Shown one piece after another: positions 38,152 through 46,736 of a DNA stretch of 64,000 bases. The position numbers and the translations under genes were made by a program. Source of the DNA: an uncultured Actinomycetota bacterium. Its GTDB lineage: Bacteria > Actinomycetota > Actinomycetes > Mycobacteriales > Jatrophihabitantaceae. The notes under the pieces are model-generated. The model saw only the letters and a program-made list of their open reading frames with translations, was not told the DNA's origin and ran no database searches. The stretch is from the NCBI GenBank assembly GCA_963703085.1, contig OY969789.1, forward strand, positions 1,523,398 to 1,587,397, in the 5' to 3' direction. How positions within the stretch are numbered: the stretch's first letter is position 1; every line of letters begins with the position of its first letter.

Positions 38152-39059
38152 GAGCGGTCCTTCGCGGCAGAGGTGAGGGCGACGAATGCGTCGTCGAGGG
38201 TGGCCTGGTCGACGCGCAGGGAGCGCGCGACGACGCCCTGCTGGGCGAGCCAGCCGGTGACCGAAGCGACCATCGCGTCATCGCCGATGACGCTGAGCGT
38301 TCCGCCGTGCCCGGCCACCTCGGTGACGCCCGGCAGAGCACGTAGCGCGTCCTCGTCGATCGGCCGCGACGGGACGAAGCGCAGGTGCTGCGGTGCGTCG
38401 ACGCGCTGGGCCAGCCCATCTGGCGTGTCCAGCGCGACGACCTTGCCGGAGTCGATCACGGCGACCCGGTCGCAGAGCCGCTCGGCCTCCTCCATGAAGT
38501 GGGTGACCAGCAGAATCGTCACCCCGCGGGCCCGTGCGTCCTCGATCAACTGCCAGGTCTCCCGGCGTGCGGCCGGATCGAGCCCGGTGGTCAGTTCGTC
38601 GAGAATGGCGACCCGGGGGTTGCCGATCAGCGCGAGCGCGATGGACAGCCGTTGCCGCTGGCCACCGGACAACCGGCGAAAGACAGTCCGGCGCGCAGCA
38701 GAGAGGCCGAGGCGTTCCATCAGCTCGCGCCAGTCGGCGGGATGCTCGTAGAACGAGCTGTACAGCTCGAGCGCCTCGGCGACGCGCAGCCGGTCGGGGA
38801 ACTGGCTGTCCTGCAGCTGCACACCGAGGATGCGGTGCAGCGCGGCGGCATCACGCTGCGGATCCAGCCCGTGCACCCGGATCGTTCCGCCGTCCGGGCG
38901 GCGCAACCCGGAGATGCATTCCGCGGTGGTGGTCTTGCCCGCGCCGTTCGGCCCGAGGATCCCGAAGATCTCGCCTTCTTCGACCTGCAGCGACACATCG
39001 TCGACGACGGTGCGCCGCCCGTACCGCTTCACTAGGTGGTCGACGTGCACGACCGGCAT
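38148..39059 (-). CDS. ABC transporter ATP-binding protein (DrrA/ABC-2 exporter type)
   Basis: Walker A GPNGAGKTT, signature LSGGQRQRLSIALAL, Walker B ILDELTTGLD. Confidence 0.95.
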   Translation of the reverse strand: MPVVHVDHLVKRYGRRTVVDDVSLQVEEGEIFGILGPNGAGKTTTAECISGLRRPDGGTIRVHGLDPQRDAAALHRILGVQLQDSQFPDRLRVAEALELYSSFYEHPADWRELMERLGLSAARRTVFRRLSGGQRQRLSIALALIGNPRVAILDELTTGLDPAARRETWQLIEDARARGVTILLVTHFMEEAERLCDRVAVIDSGKVVALDTPDGLAQRVDAPQHLRFVPSRPIDEDALRALPGVTEVAGHGGTLSVIGDDAMVASVTGWLAQQGVVARSLRVDQATLDDAFVALTSAAKDRS

Positions 39060-39226
39060 CGGTATTGCCCTTCTGAGTCAGTGGATTCGACCCGGTCAGC
39101 ATCCGATGAGACCGTCGCGTGCCGCATCGGCCGCATGGTCAGCAGTTCTCGCACTGCGGTGGATACCCCCATCCACCGATCGGTTGATGGGGCGTGGCCG
39201 GCCGAGCGAACTGGGCGGCCGGCGCC

Positions 39227-40126
39227 TCAGTCGACCGGGGTGATCCGAACCGGCCGGTGCACCAGGAACGCCGCCGGACCGGCCGCGTGGCAGGTCAGCT
39301 TGGCCGGCTCGGACCGCTCGACCACGACGGACACGTCGACCACGCCGTGCGGAGTGTCCAGCCGGACCGTGATCGGCTCGCCGTCGGTGCGGCGCAGCCC
39401 GATCACTCGGACCTCCCCCACCTTGCGCAGCGCGAGCTGCTCGTGGGCGAACGCCATCGCCGCCTGCGCCGCCGGGACGAAGCCCACCCGGCCGCGCAGC
39501 AGCGCCCCGACCACTTCGCCCGCCTCTGCGGCGTCGATGAATTCCTGCGCGGCGAACGGCAGCACCCGGCCGTAGAGCAACCCGGTCGGCAGCACCAGCA
39601 CGTTGGCGGCGAACCGTTCGCCGCCCACATGGCTGCACTCCCAGACCCGTCCGGGACGCAGTCGGGTCAGCGCGTCAGCTACGGGGCGCCCGCGCAGCGC
39701 GCAGCAGGTGTCGTGCCGGCTGTGCGCGCACACCAGGAAGGTGGGCGCCGTCTCGGCTGTACCGGCCGATCCGTCCAGCGGCAGGTCGAGCAGCTCGGCC
39801 TCGGCGGTGTAGGTGCCCCAGCGCTGCTCCTCGACGCCGGCCCGGCAGTTCACCAGCGCCCACTTGCGCAGCGCCCCCTTCGGTGTGCGGCCGAACCGGC
39901 GCACCGCGAGGGTCCGGATGCCGGCCACCGAGGCGCGCTGTTCCAGGTCCGTGGCGACGGCACGGTCGAAGCGCGATTCCCGTAGGCCGGCCGAACCCCA
40001 TGGCCCCGGCTGCTCGACGAGCAGGATGCGTCCGGCCGGGAAGGCCGTGCCGAGCATCGCGTCGCCACGGAGTTGGGCGCGCAACGCGCACCGTTCCAGG
40101 GTCTCGCGTGGGTGCGGGTGGGTCAC
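39227..40126 (-). CDS. sucrase/ferredoxin-like family protein (thioredoxin-like [2Fe-2S] fold)
   Basis: 299 aa. Contains LVEQPGPWG and the Cys cluster FLVCAHSRHDTCCALRGRP...WECSHVGGERFA, characteristic of the sucrase_ferredoxin family (recognised from memory). Confidence 0.8.
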   Translation of the reverse strand: MTHPHPRETLERCALRAQLRGDAMLGTAFPAGRILLVEQPGPWGSAGLRESRFDRAVATDLEQRASVAGIRTLAVRRFGRTPKGALRKWALVNCRAGVEEQRWGTYTAEAELLDLPLDGSAGTAETAPTFLVCAHSRHDTCCALRGRPVADALTRLRPGRVWECSHVGGERFAANVLVLPTGLLYGRVLPFAAQEFIDAAEAGEVVGALLRGRVGFVPAAQAAMAFAHEQLALRKVGEVRVIGLRRTDGEPITVRLDTPHGVVDVSVVVERSEPAKLTCHAAGPAAFLVHRPVRITPVD

Positions 40127-40142
40127 TGGCCGGCGGTGAGCA

Positions 40143-41429
40143 CTAATCGGCCGGGACGACGACGGCTTCGCGCACCAGCTGCCGAGCCAGTACGAGCTGT
40201 TCCTCGGCGTCCAGTCCGGGGAGCTGCTCCGGAGTGAACGGCTCGCCGGCCAACACCAGCTTCACGGCGGTCTCGACGGTCGGCGGCATGCTGACCGTCT
40301 TGTCCAGCACGCGCAGCTGCACGCCGGCACCGTTGCTGCTGAGCGTGTGGCGCAGGCCGGCGCGCAGCCGCAACGGAGTGTGCGGGGTCAACGCGGCAAG
40401 CAAGTGTGCATGCGCGAGCGGAGCGATCGGTTCCGGCCGGGTGGCCGCGGCCAGCGTCGCTCCCAGACCGGAGGCGACGCGCGCGGTGAGCTCGTCGCCA
40501 CCGGTGTGCAGCAGGTCGGTCAACGCTGCCAGGGTGTTGCGCAGCTGCGGGGCCAGCGTCGCGGGATCGGACAGGTCGACCGCGGCCGGCAAGGAGCCGC
40601 GCAGCCGCGGGTCGTCCTTGGCCGCGGTGAGGAGCTGATCGATCAGCGCTGCGCGGGTGATCGGGTGGATGCCGACCGTGAGGTGGATGGACAACTCCCC
40701 GCGCGCCACGGCGGAATGCAGATAGCCGCGCGGCAGGTAGAGGGCGTCGCCGGGGGAGAGCTCGGTGTCGATGAGCGGCGGCTCCTCGGCCCGGCGGGCA
40801 ACCGCATCGCGGTGCTTCTCCCAGGGCTGGTCGACCAACGGATCAGCGAGCACCGGCTCGTGGATGCGCCAGTGCTTGCGCCCGGCGACCTGCAGCACGA
40901 ACACGTCGTGGGTGTCGTAGTGCGCGGCAAAACCCTGGTTCTGCGGCGGGGTGATGTAAGCGTTGATCTGCACCGGATGGCCCAGCTCGGCCGCCAGGGC
41001 CGAGCCGAACTGCACCAGCGGCGGCCAGGTGCGGTGCAATGCCTGCAGGACCAGCGTCGCGCCGTCGGCGATGAGCTGCAGCACCTTGTCATCGGCCACC
41101 TGGTCGGTGATGGTCGCGCCGGTGCCGCCACCGCGGGTGTACCGCGCCGGCGGCAGCAGGCCGCCTTCCTTGGCCATGCGCAGGAACGGAGTACGCAGCC
41201 CTCGGCGGGAGATCAGCTCATCGACCGCTGCGGAGTCCAGCAAGTCGGTGAACCCGTCGACCGGCAACTCGGCGGCCGTGCGCAGCAGGGGGCGCGCGCT
41301 CCAGTACTCCCGGGCGAACTGCTCGGCAGGCAATCCGGTGGCCCGGGCGACTGCCGACGGGCCAGCAGCGGACCGGGGGTGCCGGACCTCTCGGTCCGGC
41401 ACCCCCGGGTCTGCGGTCACATCAACCAT
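40143..41429 (-). CDS. JmjC / cupin-4 family 2-oxoglutarate-Fe(II) oxygenase-like protein (ribosomal oxygenase RoxA/YcfD-like)
   Basis: 428 aa. HxD...H facial triad context FAAHYDTHDVFVLQVAGRKHWRI ... GDALYLPRGYLHSAV. A C-terminal winged-helix-like region follows, as in cupin-4 proteins. Confidence 0.85.
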   Translation of the reverse strand: MVDVTADPGVPDREVRHPRSAAGPSAVARATGLPAEQFAREYWSARPLLRTAAELPVDGFTDLLDSAAVDELISRRGLRTPFLRMAKEGGLLPPARYTRGGGTGATITDQVADDKVLQLIADGATLVLQALHRTWPPLVQFGSALAAELGHPVQINAYITPPQNQGFAAHYDTHDVFVLQVAGRKHWRIHEPVLADPLVDQPWEKHRDAVARRAEEPPLIDTELSPGDALYLPRGYLHSAVARGELSIHLTVGIHPITRAALIDQLLTAAKDDPRLRGSLPAAVDLSDPATLAPQLRNTLAALTDLLHTGGDELTARVASGLGATLAAATRPEPIAPLAHAHLLAALTPHTPLRLRAGLRHTLSSNGAGVQLRVLDKTVSMPPTVETAVKLVLAGEPFTPEQLPGLDAEEQLVLARQLVREAVVVPAD

Positions 41430-41441
41430 GCAGTGTCGTGT

Positions 41442-41705
41442 TCAGCTGGCGCCGCCATCGGCGCCGCCGTCGTGCTCACCGGGCGCGCCATCGGCGCCCC
41501 CGTCCGCGGGACCCTCGGCGCCACCATCAGCACCACCGTCGGCACCGCCATCCTCCGTACCCGGAGCGCCGGCGGCGCCGCCGTCCGCGGGGCCCTCGGC
41601 GCCGCCATCAGCACCACCGTCGTGCTGGCCGGGCGTGCCGTCCGCGCCGCCGTCAGCTGGGCCTTCGGTCTCGTCCGTGCTGAATCCGTCGTCGGTTACG
41701 CTCAT
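41442..41705 (-). CDS. small acidic Asp/Gly-rich repeat protein (87 aa), hypothetical
   Basis: ATG 41705 has AGGAGG 4 nt upstream. Three tandem 23-27 aa units of the form EGPADGGADGxPGxxDGGADGGA. The stop lies 12 nt before the cupin ATG. The opposite-strand ORFs here are Arg-rich shadow frames. Confidence 0.6.
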   Translation of the reverse strand: MSVTDDGFSTDETEGPADGGADGTPGQHDGGADGGAEGPADGGAAGAPGTEDGGADGGADGGAEGPADGGADGAPGEHDGGADGGAS

Positions 41706-41833
41706 CGTTCCTCCTGGATCAGGGCGTGCGCCAGCGAACTCGCCGAGCGCAGTTGGACGCGGCGGGGGTTCCACCGGTGCTCACCGTAGCGACCCGCCGA
41801 ACCCGGCCACAAGCACCTCGGTCGGCCTTCCGG

Positions 41834-42070
41834 TCAGGCGTTACCGAGCGGACCGGGCAGCGTCGGTGGCGCCAACGGCGGCGGCGCCGACGGGTCCGGG
41901 GCGGGGGTCGGCAGCGGCTGTGGCGGGGCTTGCGGATCAGCCGGGCTCGGGTTCGGTGTCGGGGTCGGTGGCGGACCAGGCCGCGGTGGAGCGGGACTCG
42001 GCGGGACCAGCGGGTCCGGATCGGCGGGCGGCGTGGTGCCTGGATCGGGCTCGACAGGTGGGATCGTCAT
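41834..42070 (-). CDS. small proline-rich protein (78 aa), hypothetical
   Basis: ATG 42070 has GGAGG 8 nt upstream. About 45% Pro (PPSPAPPRPGPPPTPTPNPSP...), with no signal peptide or TM helix. Coding status is uncertain because of low complexity. Confidence 0.45.
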   Translation of the reverse strand: MTIPPVEPDPGTTPPADPDPLVPPSPAPPRPGPPPTPTPNPSPADPQAPPQPLPTPAPDPSAPPPLAPPTLPGPLGNA

Positions 42071-42213
42071 GACGCACCTCCGCGTCCACTATCTCATTGC
42101 CGGGTCAGCACGGTCGATGTGTCGCCCGACGACGGAAGTTTCCCGGCGCGGCGATGAGTTCGGGGAGCTGCAGCGGTCAGTACGCACATAGCCACCGACG
42201 ACAGGAGCACGTC

Positions 42214-42690
42214 ATGCCCCGGATCACGCCCAACCTCTGGTTCGACACCGAGAGCCAAGAGGCCGCCGAGTACTACGTCTCGGTGTTCCCGAACTCGAAG
42301 ATCACCAACATCGTCAACTACCCCGAGGGAGCGCCACGTCCTGCCGGCACGGTCATGATCGTCGAGTTCGTGCTGGACGGGCAGGAGTACACCGCCATCA
42401 ACGGCGGCCCGGAATTCACCTTCGACGAGGCGATTTCATTCCTGATCGACTGCGCCGATCAGGACGAGGTCGACTACTACTGGTCGACGCTGTCCGAAGG
42501 CGGCGAGGAGGGCCCGTGCGGATGGCTGAAGGACAAGTACGGACTGTCCTGGCAGGTGATCCCGGCGGAGATGGCACAGGTGCTGAGTGACCCGGATGAG
42601 AAGCGGGCGCAGCGGGCCGTCAAGGCCATGTTCGGGATGAAGAAGATCGACCTCGCCGCACTCAAGGCGGCCGCGGACCGCGAGGAGTAG
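42214..42690 (+). CDS. VOC family protein (PhnB-like / 3-demethylubiquinone-9 methyltransferase-domain family)
   Basis: ATG 42214 has AGGAG upstream. ITPNLWFD...AEEAAEYY-type N-terminus, INGGPEFTFDEAISF, GWLKDKYGLSWQV. Confidence 0.85.
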   Translation: MPRITPNLWFDTESQEAAEYYVSVFPNSKITNIVNYPEGAPRPAGTVMIVEFVLDGQEYTAINGGPEFTFDEAISFLIDCADQDEVDYYWSTLSEGGEEGPCGWLKDKYGLSWQVIPAEMAQVLSDPDEKRAQRAVKAMFGMKKIDLAALKAAADREE

Positions 42691-42696
42691 CGCGGT

Positions 42697-43458
42697 CTAG
42701 ACCGGCTTGCGGGCGCGGTGCAGCGCGACGATGCCGCCGGTCAGGTTGCGCCACTGCACCTCGGCCCAGCCGTTCGCCGCGACGATGCGAGCCAGTTCGG
42801 CCTGCGCGGGCCAGCGCCGGATCGATTCGGCGAGATAGACGTAGGCGTCCGGGTTGCTCGCCACCCGGCGGGCGATCCACGGCAGCGCGCGCATCAGATA
42901 ACGCAGGTAGATGTGCCGGAACGGCGCGAATACGGGCCGGCTGAATTCACACACCACCAGTACCCCGCCCGGCCGGGTGACCCTGGCCAGCTCGCGCAGC
43001 GCCAGTCCGACGTCGTTGACGTTGCGCAGCCCGAAGCTGATGCTGGCCGAGTCGAAGGAGTTGTCGGCGAACGGCAGGGCCAGTGCGTCGCCGGCGACGA
43101 ACGGCAACCAGCTGCGTTCCTTGCGCTTCTTGCCGGACTGCAGCATGCCGATGGAGAAGTCACAGGCCACCGGGGTGACGCCGGCTAGCGCCAGCTCGGC
43201 GGTGGACACGCCGGTGCCGGCGGCCAGGTCGAGCACCCATTGGCCCGGCTGCAGCTCCAGTGAGCGCCGGGTGCGCCGGCGCCACCGCCGATCCTGGCCG
43301 AGCGACAGCACCGAGTTGGTCAGGTCGTATCGCTTGGCGACCCCGTCGAACATGTTGGCGACGTCGCGCGGAGACTTGTCCAGACCGGCGACGGAGGCGC
43401 CGGTCTGGGTCGCGGACGTCTCGGGGGCGGGGTTCATCTCCCGTTCAGTGTCTCGCAT
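42697..43458 (-). CDS. menG: demethylmenaquinone methyltransferase
   Basis: UbiE/MenG motifs: [29 protein letters not shown] motif VLDLAAGTG, and SISFGLRNV. An alternative start is ATG 43437. Confidence 0.92.
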   Translation of the reverse strand: MRDTEREMNPAPETSATQTGASVAGLDKSPRDVANMFDGVAKRYDLTNSVLSLGQDRRWRRRTRRSLELQPGQWVLDLAAGTGVSTAELALAGVTPVACDFSIGMLQSGKKRKERSWLPFVAGDALALPFADNSFDSASISFGLRNVNDVGLALRELARVTRPGGVLVVCEFSRPVFAPFRHIYLRYLMRALPWIARRVASNPDAYVYLAESIRRWPAQAELARIVAANGWAEVQWRNLTGGIVALHRARKPV

Positions 43459-43590
43459 CCCGATGTGGGTCCGACACCGGCCGCGGCTCGGAGTGTGTCG
43501 AGCGTCTACGTGACCCGGGCACTCCCGCCATCGTTGCCACTATGTACCGGCCGCACGCACCGGCCGGCAGCCACAACCAGGAGGCACCGC

Positions 43591-44040
43591 ATGGCCGCGT
43601 ATCAGACCATCGTCGTCGGCACGGACGGCTCGGAGACGTCGCTACGCGCCGTCGATCGTGCCGGTGCCCTCGCGGCGGACGCGCAGGCGACCCTGCTGAT
43701 CGTGTGCGCCTACGAGCCGGCCAGTGCGAAGGATGTCGCGGCGGCCCAGGACACGCTACGTGGCGAGGGGTATCGGATCGTCGGTTCGGCGCCGGCCGAA
43801 GAAAACCTGCAGGCAGGTCGGGACCGCGCCCGGGCCAGCGGCGCGATGAAGATCGAGACCGTGGCCGAGCCCGGTGTGGCGACCAGCGTGCTGCGCGACG
43901 TGGCCAAAGAGCGCGGCGCCGATTTGCTGGTCGTCGGCAACCGTGGGCTCAACTCGATCAGCGGCCGGATCCTCGGCTCGGTGCCCCTCGACGTCGCTCG
44001 CCGCGCGGGCATCGACGTGCTGGTGGTGCACACCACCTGA
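43591..44040 (+). CDS. universal stress protein
   Basis: ATG 43591 has AGGAGG upstream. Contains IVVGTDGSETS and the C-terminal ATP-binding motif LLVVGNRGLNSISGRILGSVP...VLVV. Confidence 0.9.
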   Translation: MAAYQTIVVGTDGSETSLRAVDRAGALAADAQATLLIVCAYEPASAKDVAAAQDTLRGEGYRIVGSAPAEENLQAGRDRARASGAMKIETVAEPGVATSVLRDVAKERGADLLVVGNRGLNSISGRILGSVPLDVARRAGIDVLVVHTT

Positions 44041-44052
44041 TGCGCCGCGCTC

Positions 44053-45123
44053 ATGAGTAGCCGGCCGCCGCGGGACGAGCCGATCGATCCCGACGCCGGC
44101 GCCCAGCGTGCCGACGACGGCGACGCACTGCTCGCCGGCGTGCTGACCAACCTCCAGCACGAGATCGAGCGAGTGTTGTTGGGCAGCGATCGCCGGCTGA
44201 CGAAGGCCGAGGCGACGGCGGCCGCCGGCGTCTCGATCGAGGTGGCCGACGAGCTCTGGCGCGCGCTGGGCTTCCCCACCGTCCCGGCCGGTGCTGAGGT
44301 CTTCACTGCCGGCGACGTGCGCGCGCTGCGCATCGTCCAGGAACTGGTCGCCACTCAGGTGCTGCATCCCGACGAGCTCAGCTCGGTGACGCGGATGATG
44401 GGCCAGACGATGTCCCGCCTTGCCGACTGGCAGGGCCGGCTGTTCGCCGAGCGCCTCCGCAGCTCTGCGCAGCCGGTGCCGGACGGCGATCCGGTCCGCT
44501 TTCTGTCCAGGTTGGTGGAGCTGCTCAGCGAGGTCCAGGAGCTGGTCTGGCGCCGGCATCTCGCGGCTCTGGTGCCCAGGTTCATCGGCGAGCTCAACGC
44601 AGCCGGCGCGGGCGCGCAGAGCCGGGCGTTGGCGGTCGGTTTCGCCGACATGACTGGCTACACCAGCCTCACCCGACGGGTCAGCGCGCGCACGCTGACC
44701 GAGATCCTCGAGACGTTCGAGTCGATCGCTTCGGACTTGGCTGCTGAGAACGGCGGCCGGATCGTCAAGACCCTCGGCGACGAGGTGATGTTCGTGGCCG
44801 ATACGGCGGCTGACGCCGCCGAGATCGCGCTGTCCTTGTTGGACCGCGCCGAGGGCGACAAGCGGATGCCCTCACTGCGCACCGGGCTCGCCGCGGGCGA
44901 GGTGCTCACCCGGTTCGGTGACGTGTACGGGCCGGTGGTGAACATCGCCAGCCGGCTGACGACCGTGGCCAAGCCGGGCTCGGTCCTCGTCGATCGCATG
45001 ATGGCCAGCGCTCTGGAGGCCGACGGCAGGTACTCGGTGCGACCGACCCGTCGAGCATCGGTCCAGGGCTACAGCCGGCTGCACCCCTACCTGCTGCGCC
45101 GGGCCGCATCGCCCGCCTCGTAG
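44053..45123 (+). CDS. class III adenylate/guanylate cyclase domain protein
   Basis: C-terminal CHD: VGFADMTGYTSLT, VKTLGDEVMFV, RTGLAAGEV..RFGDVYGPVVNIASRL. The N-terminal roughly 170 aa is of unknown function. Confidence 0.9.
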   Translation: MSSRPPRDEPIDPDAGAQRADDGDALLAGVLTNLQHEIERVLLGSDRRLTKAEATAAAGVSIEVADELWRALGFPTVPAGAEVFTAGDVRALRIVQELVATQVLHPDELSSVTRMMGQTMSRLADWQGRLFAERLRSSAQPVPDGDPVRFLSRLVELLSEVQELVWRRHLAALVPRFIGELNAAGAGAQSRALAVGFADMTGYTSLTRRVSARTLTEILETFESIASDLAAENGGRIVKTLGDEVMFVADTAADAAEIALSLLDRAEGDKRMPSLRTGLAAGEVLTRFGDVYGPVVNIASRLTTVAKPGSVLVDRMMASALEADGRYSVRPTRRASVQGYSRLHPYLLRRAASPAS

Positions 45124-45133
45124 TGTCGTCGCA

Positions 45134-45886
45134 ATGACTGACGACGCAGCGCTGGCGGCCGAGTTGGTGCGCGATGCCGGCCGGCTGGCCCAGCAGATGC
45201 GCCGCCGCGGTGTAGCGATCGATCGCAAGACGTCGGTCTCGGACATCGTCACCGACGCCGACCACGCTGCCGAGAAACTGATCGTCGAACGGCTGCATGC
45301 CGAGCGCCCGGACGACGGCATCGTCGGTGAGGAGGGCACCCGGGAAGCCGGCGCGCGCACCTGGTTGCTCGACCCGATCGACGGCACCTACAACTACGCG
45401 TCCGGGATCCCGTTCTGGTGCTCGGCAGTGGCCCTGGTGGATGCGGACGGGCCGGTGCTCGGTGCCGTGCACATCCCGGAGTCGGACGAGCTGTGGGTGG
45501 GTGGCCGCGGTCTGCCCACTACCTGCAACGGCATACCAACCGAACTGCTGCGCGACCGTTCGCTCGACGAGGTGTCGGTGTGCAGCTACTTGCATCCGGA
45601 GACGATTCCGTCCCGCGAGATGCGCGAGCCGCTGTTACGGATGATCCGGCCCGCCGCCACCGTGCGGATGTTCGGGTCAGGGTCGGTCGAGCTGGCCTGG
45701 ATCGCCGGTGGGCGCATCGGCGCATTTGCGCAGTACGACTGCCAGGACTGGGACTGGTATCCCGGTCAGGCCCTCGTGCTCGGCGCCGGCGGCGCTGCCC
45801 GGGTGGTGGAACACGGTGGCCATCACTGGCATCTCGCCGGCAACCGCCGCACCGTCGACGACCTCGCTGCCGCCCTCAACGCCTGA
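45134..45886 (+). CDS. inositol monophosphatase family protein
   Basis: Motifs DIVTDADHAAE, GEEG, WLLDPIDGTYNY and WDW..G. Confidence 0.9.
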   Translation: MTDDAALAAELVRDAGRLAQQMRRRGVAIDRKTSVSDIVTDADHAAEKLIVERLHAERPDDGIVGEEGTREAGARTWLLDPIDGTYNYASGIPFWCSAVALVDADGPVLGAVHIPESDELWVGGRGLPTTCNGIPTELLRDRSLDEVSVCSYLHPETIPSREMREPLLRMIRPAATVRMFGSGSVELAWIAGGRIGAFAQYDCQDWDWYPGQALVLGAGGAARVVEHGGHHWHLAGNRRTVDDLAAALNA

Positions 45887-45890
45887 CGCG

Positions 45891-46385
45891 CTACCGGCCG
45901 CGGTTGCGCTGCCGATCGCGGCCGCGGTGGTCGTCGTGGCCGCCCAGGCCGCCGTAGACGACGGCGCCGGCAGCCGGGATCAGCAGGAACCACCACCACT
46001 GCTTGGTGATGAGGAACAGCGCCAGCGCGAGGAACGGGCTGACCGCCACGAACGTCGCGCCGGCTCGACCGCCGAGCGCTCCGCCATGCTCTTGGCGAGC
46101 CACCTCGGTAGCCGAGATCTGGGCCGGAACCATCGTGGACAGCGAGCGGGCCGGCGGTGCGTTGGGCCCGGGCCGGGGTTCGGGCAGGTCGGTGAACAGC
46201 GGGGTGATCTCCCCCCAGGTGCGAGCGACATAGATCTTCGCCGAGCGCTCGCCGTACTCCTCGGCGTCGATCCGGCCGGCCGACATGTGCTCGTCGAGTG
46301 CCTGCAAGGCGGCGTCCCGCTCGGTCTTGCCGATCCGGATGGCATCCTGGCCCGGTTGCGTCGCTGCGCCCTCGTCGTCGGTCAT
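45891..46385 (-). CDS. DUF1707 domain membrane protein
   Basis: The N-terminal RIGKTERDAALQALDEHMSAGRIDAEEYGERS is the DUF1707/SHOCT-like motif. C-terminal TM segments are present. Confidence 0.8.
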   Translation of the reverse strand: MTDDEGAATQPGQDAIRIGKTERDAALQALDEHMSAGRIDAEEYGERSAKIYVARTWGEITPLFTDLPEPRPGPNAPPARSLSTMVPAQISATEVARQEHGGALGGRAGATFVAVSPFLALALFLITKQWWWFLLIPAAGAVVYGGLGGHDDHRGRDRQRNRGR

Positions 46386-46386
46386 C

Positions 46387-46677
46387 TCATCCTCGCCCGT
46401 CTGCGGAGGTGTCTTCGCCGGACAGTTCGGCGTCCATTTCGGCGGTGCGCGCCTTACGGGCGGCGAATTGCTCGTGGAAGCCCTCGGCCAACCTGGCCCG
46501 CGGCTTGGCCAGCAACACGTAGGACAGCGGCAGCGACAGCAGCGCGGCGATCGCCGCGGCGAGCAGCCCGTTCACCCCGACCAACCAGAGCACCCCGAAG
46601 AGCACCGCGAACAGCGCGATCCGCAGCGCGGTGTAGATCCACAGCGCGGCGAGCGGATGGGTCGAGGTGCGGGGCAC
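46387..46677 (-). CDS. DUF4229 domain membrane protein
   Basis: 96 aa with two TM helices, followed by a charged tail. The pattern is typical of DUF4229. Confidence 0.75.
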   Translation of the reverse strand: MPRTSTHPLAALWIYTALRIALFAVLFGVLWLVGVNGLLAAAIAALLSLPLSYVLLAKPRARLAEGFHEQFAARKARTAEMDAELSGEDTSADGRG

Positions 46678-46736
46678 CCGCCCAGCCTACGAGAGGTGTC
46701 GACTCGCGGCCGGGTTCGGCCCGACCCGCGGCTCAG

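Noticed and set aside
35596-38751. Very long plus-strand ORF (1051 aa) spanning the response regulator, kinase, repeat array and ABC genes. Similar long ORFs occur at 185-1390(+), 7142-9127(+), 10831-12738(-), 13504-15249(-), 15347-17449(+), 19297-21105(+), 26983-28761(+) and 57960-59264(+).
   Set aside because: All are antisense to ORFs with unambiguous family motifs. All have the Arg/Gly/Pro/His-rich composition of shadow frames in about 70% GC DNA. I recognised no motifs in them.
39075-39100. tRNA-like T-arm string ggattcgaccc upstream of the ABC operon.
   Set aside because: No acceptor stem, D-arm or anticodon arm can be folded around it. It is not a tRNA.
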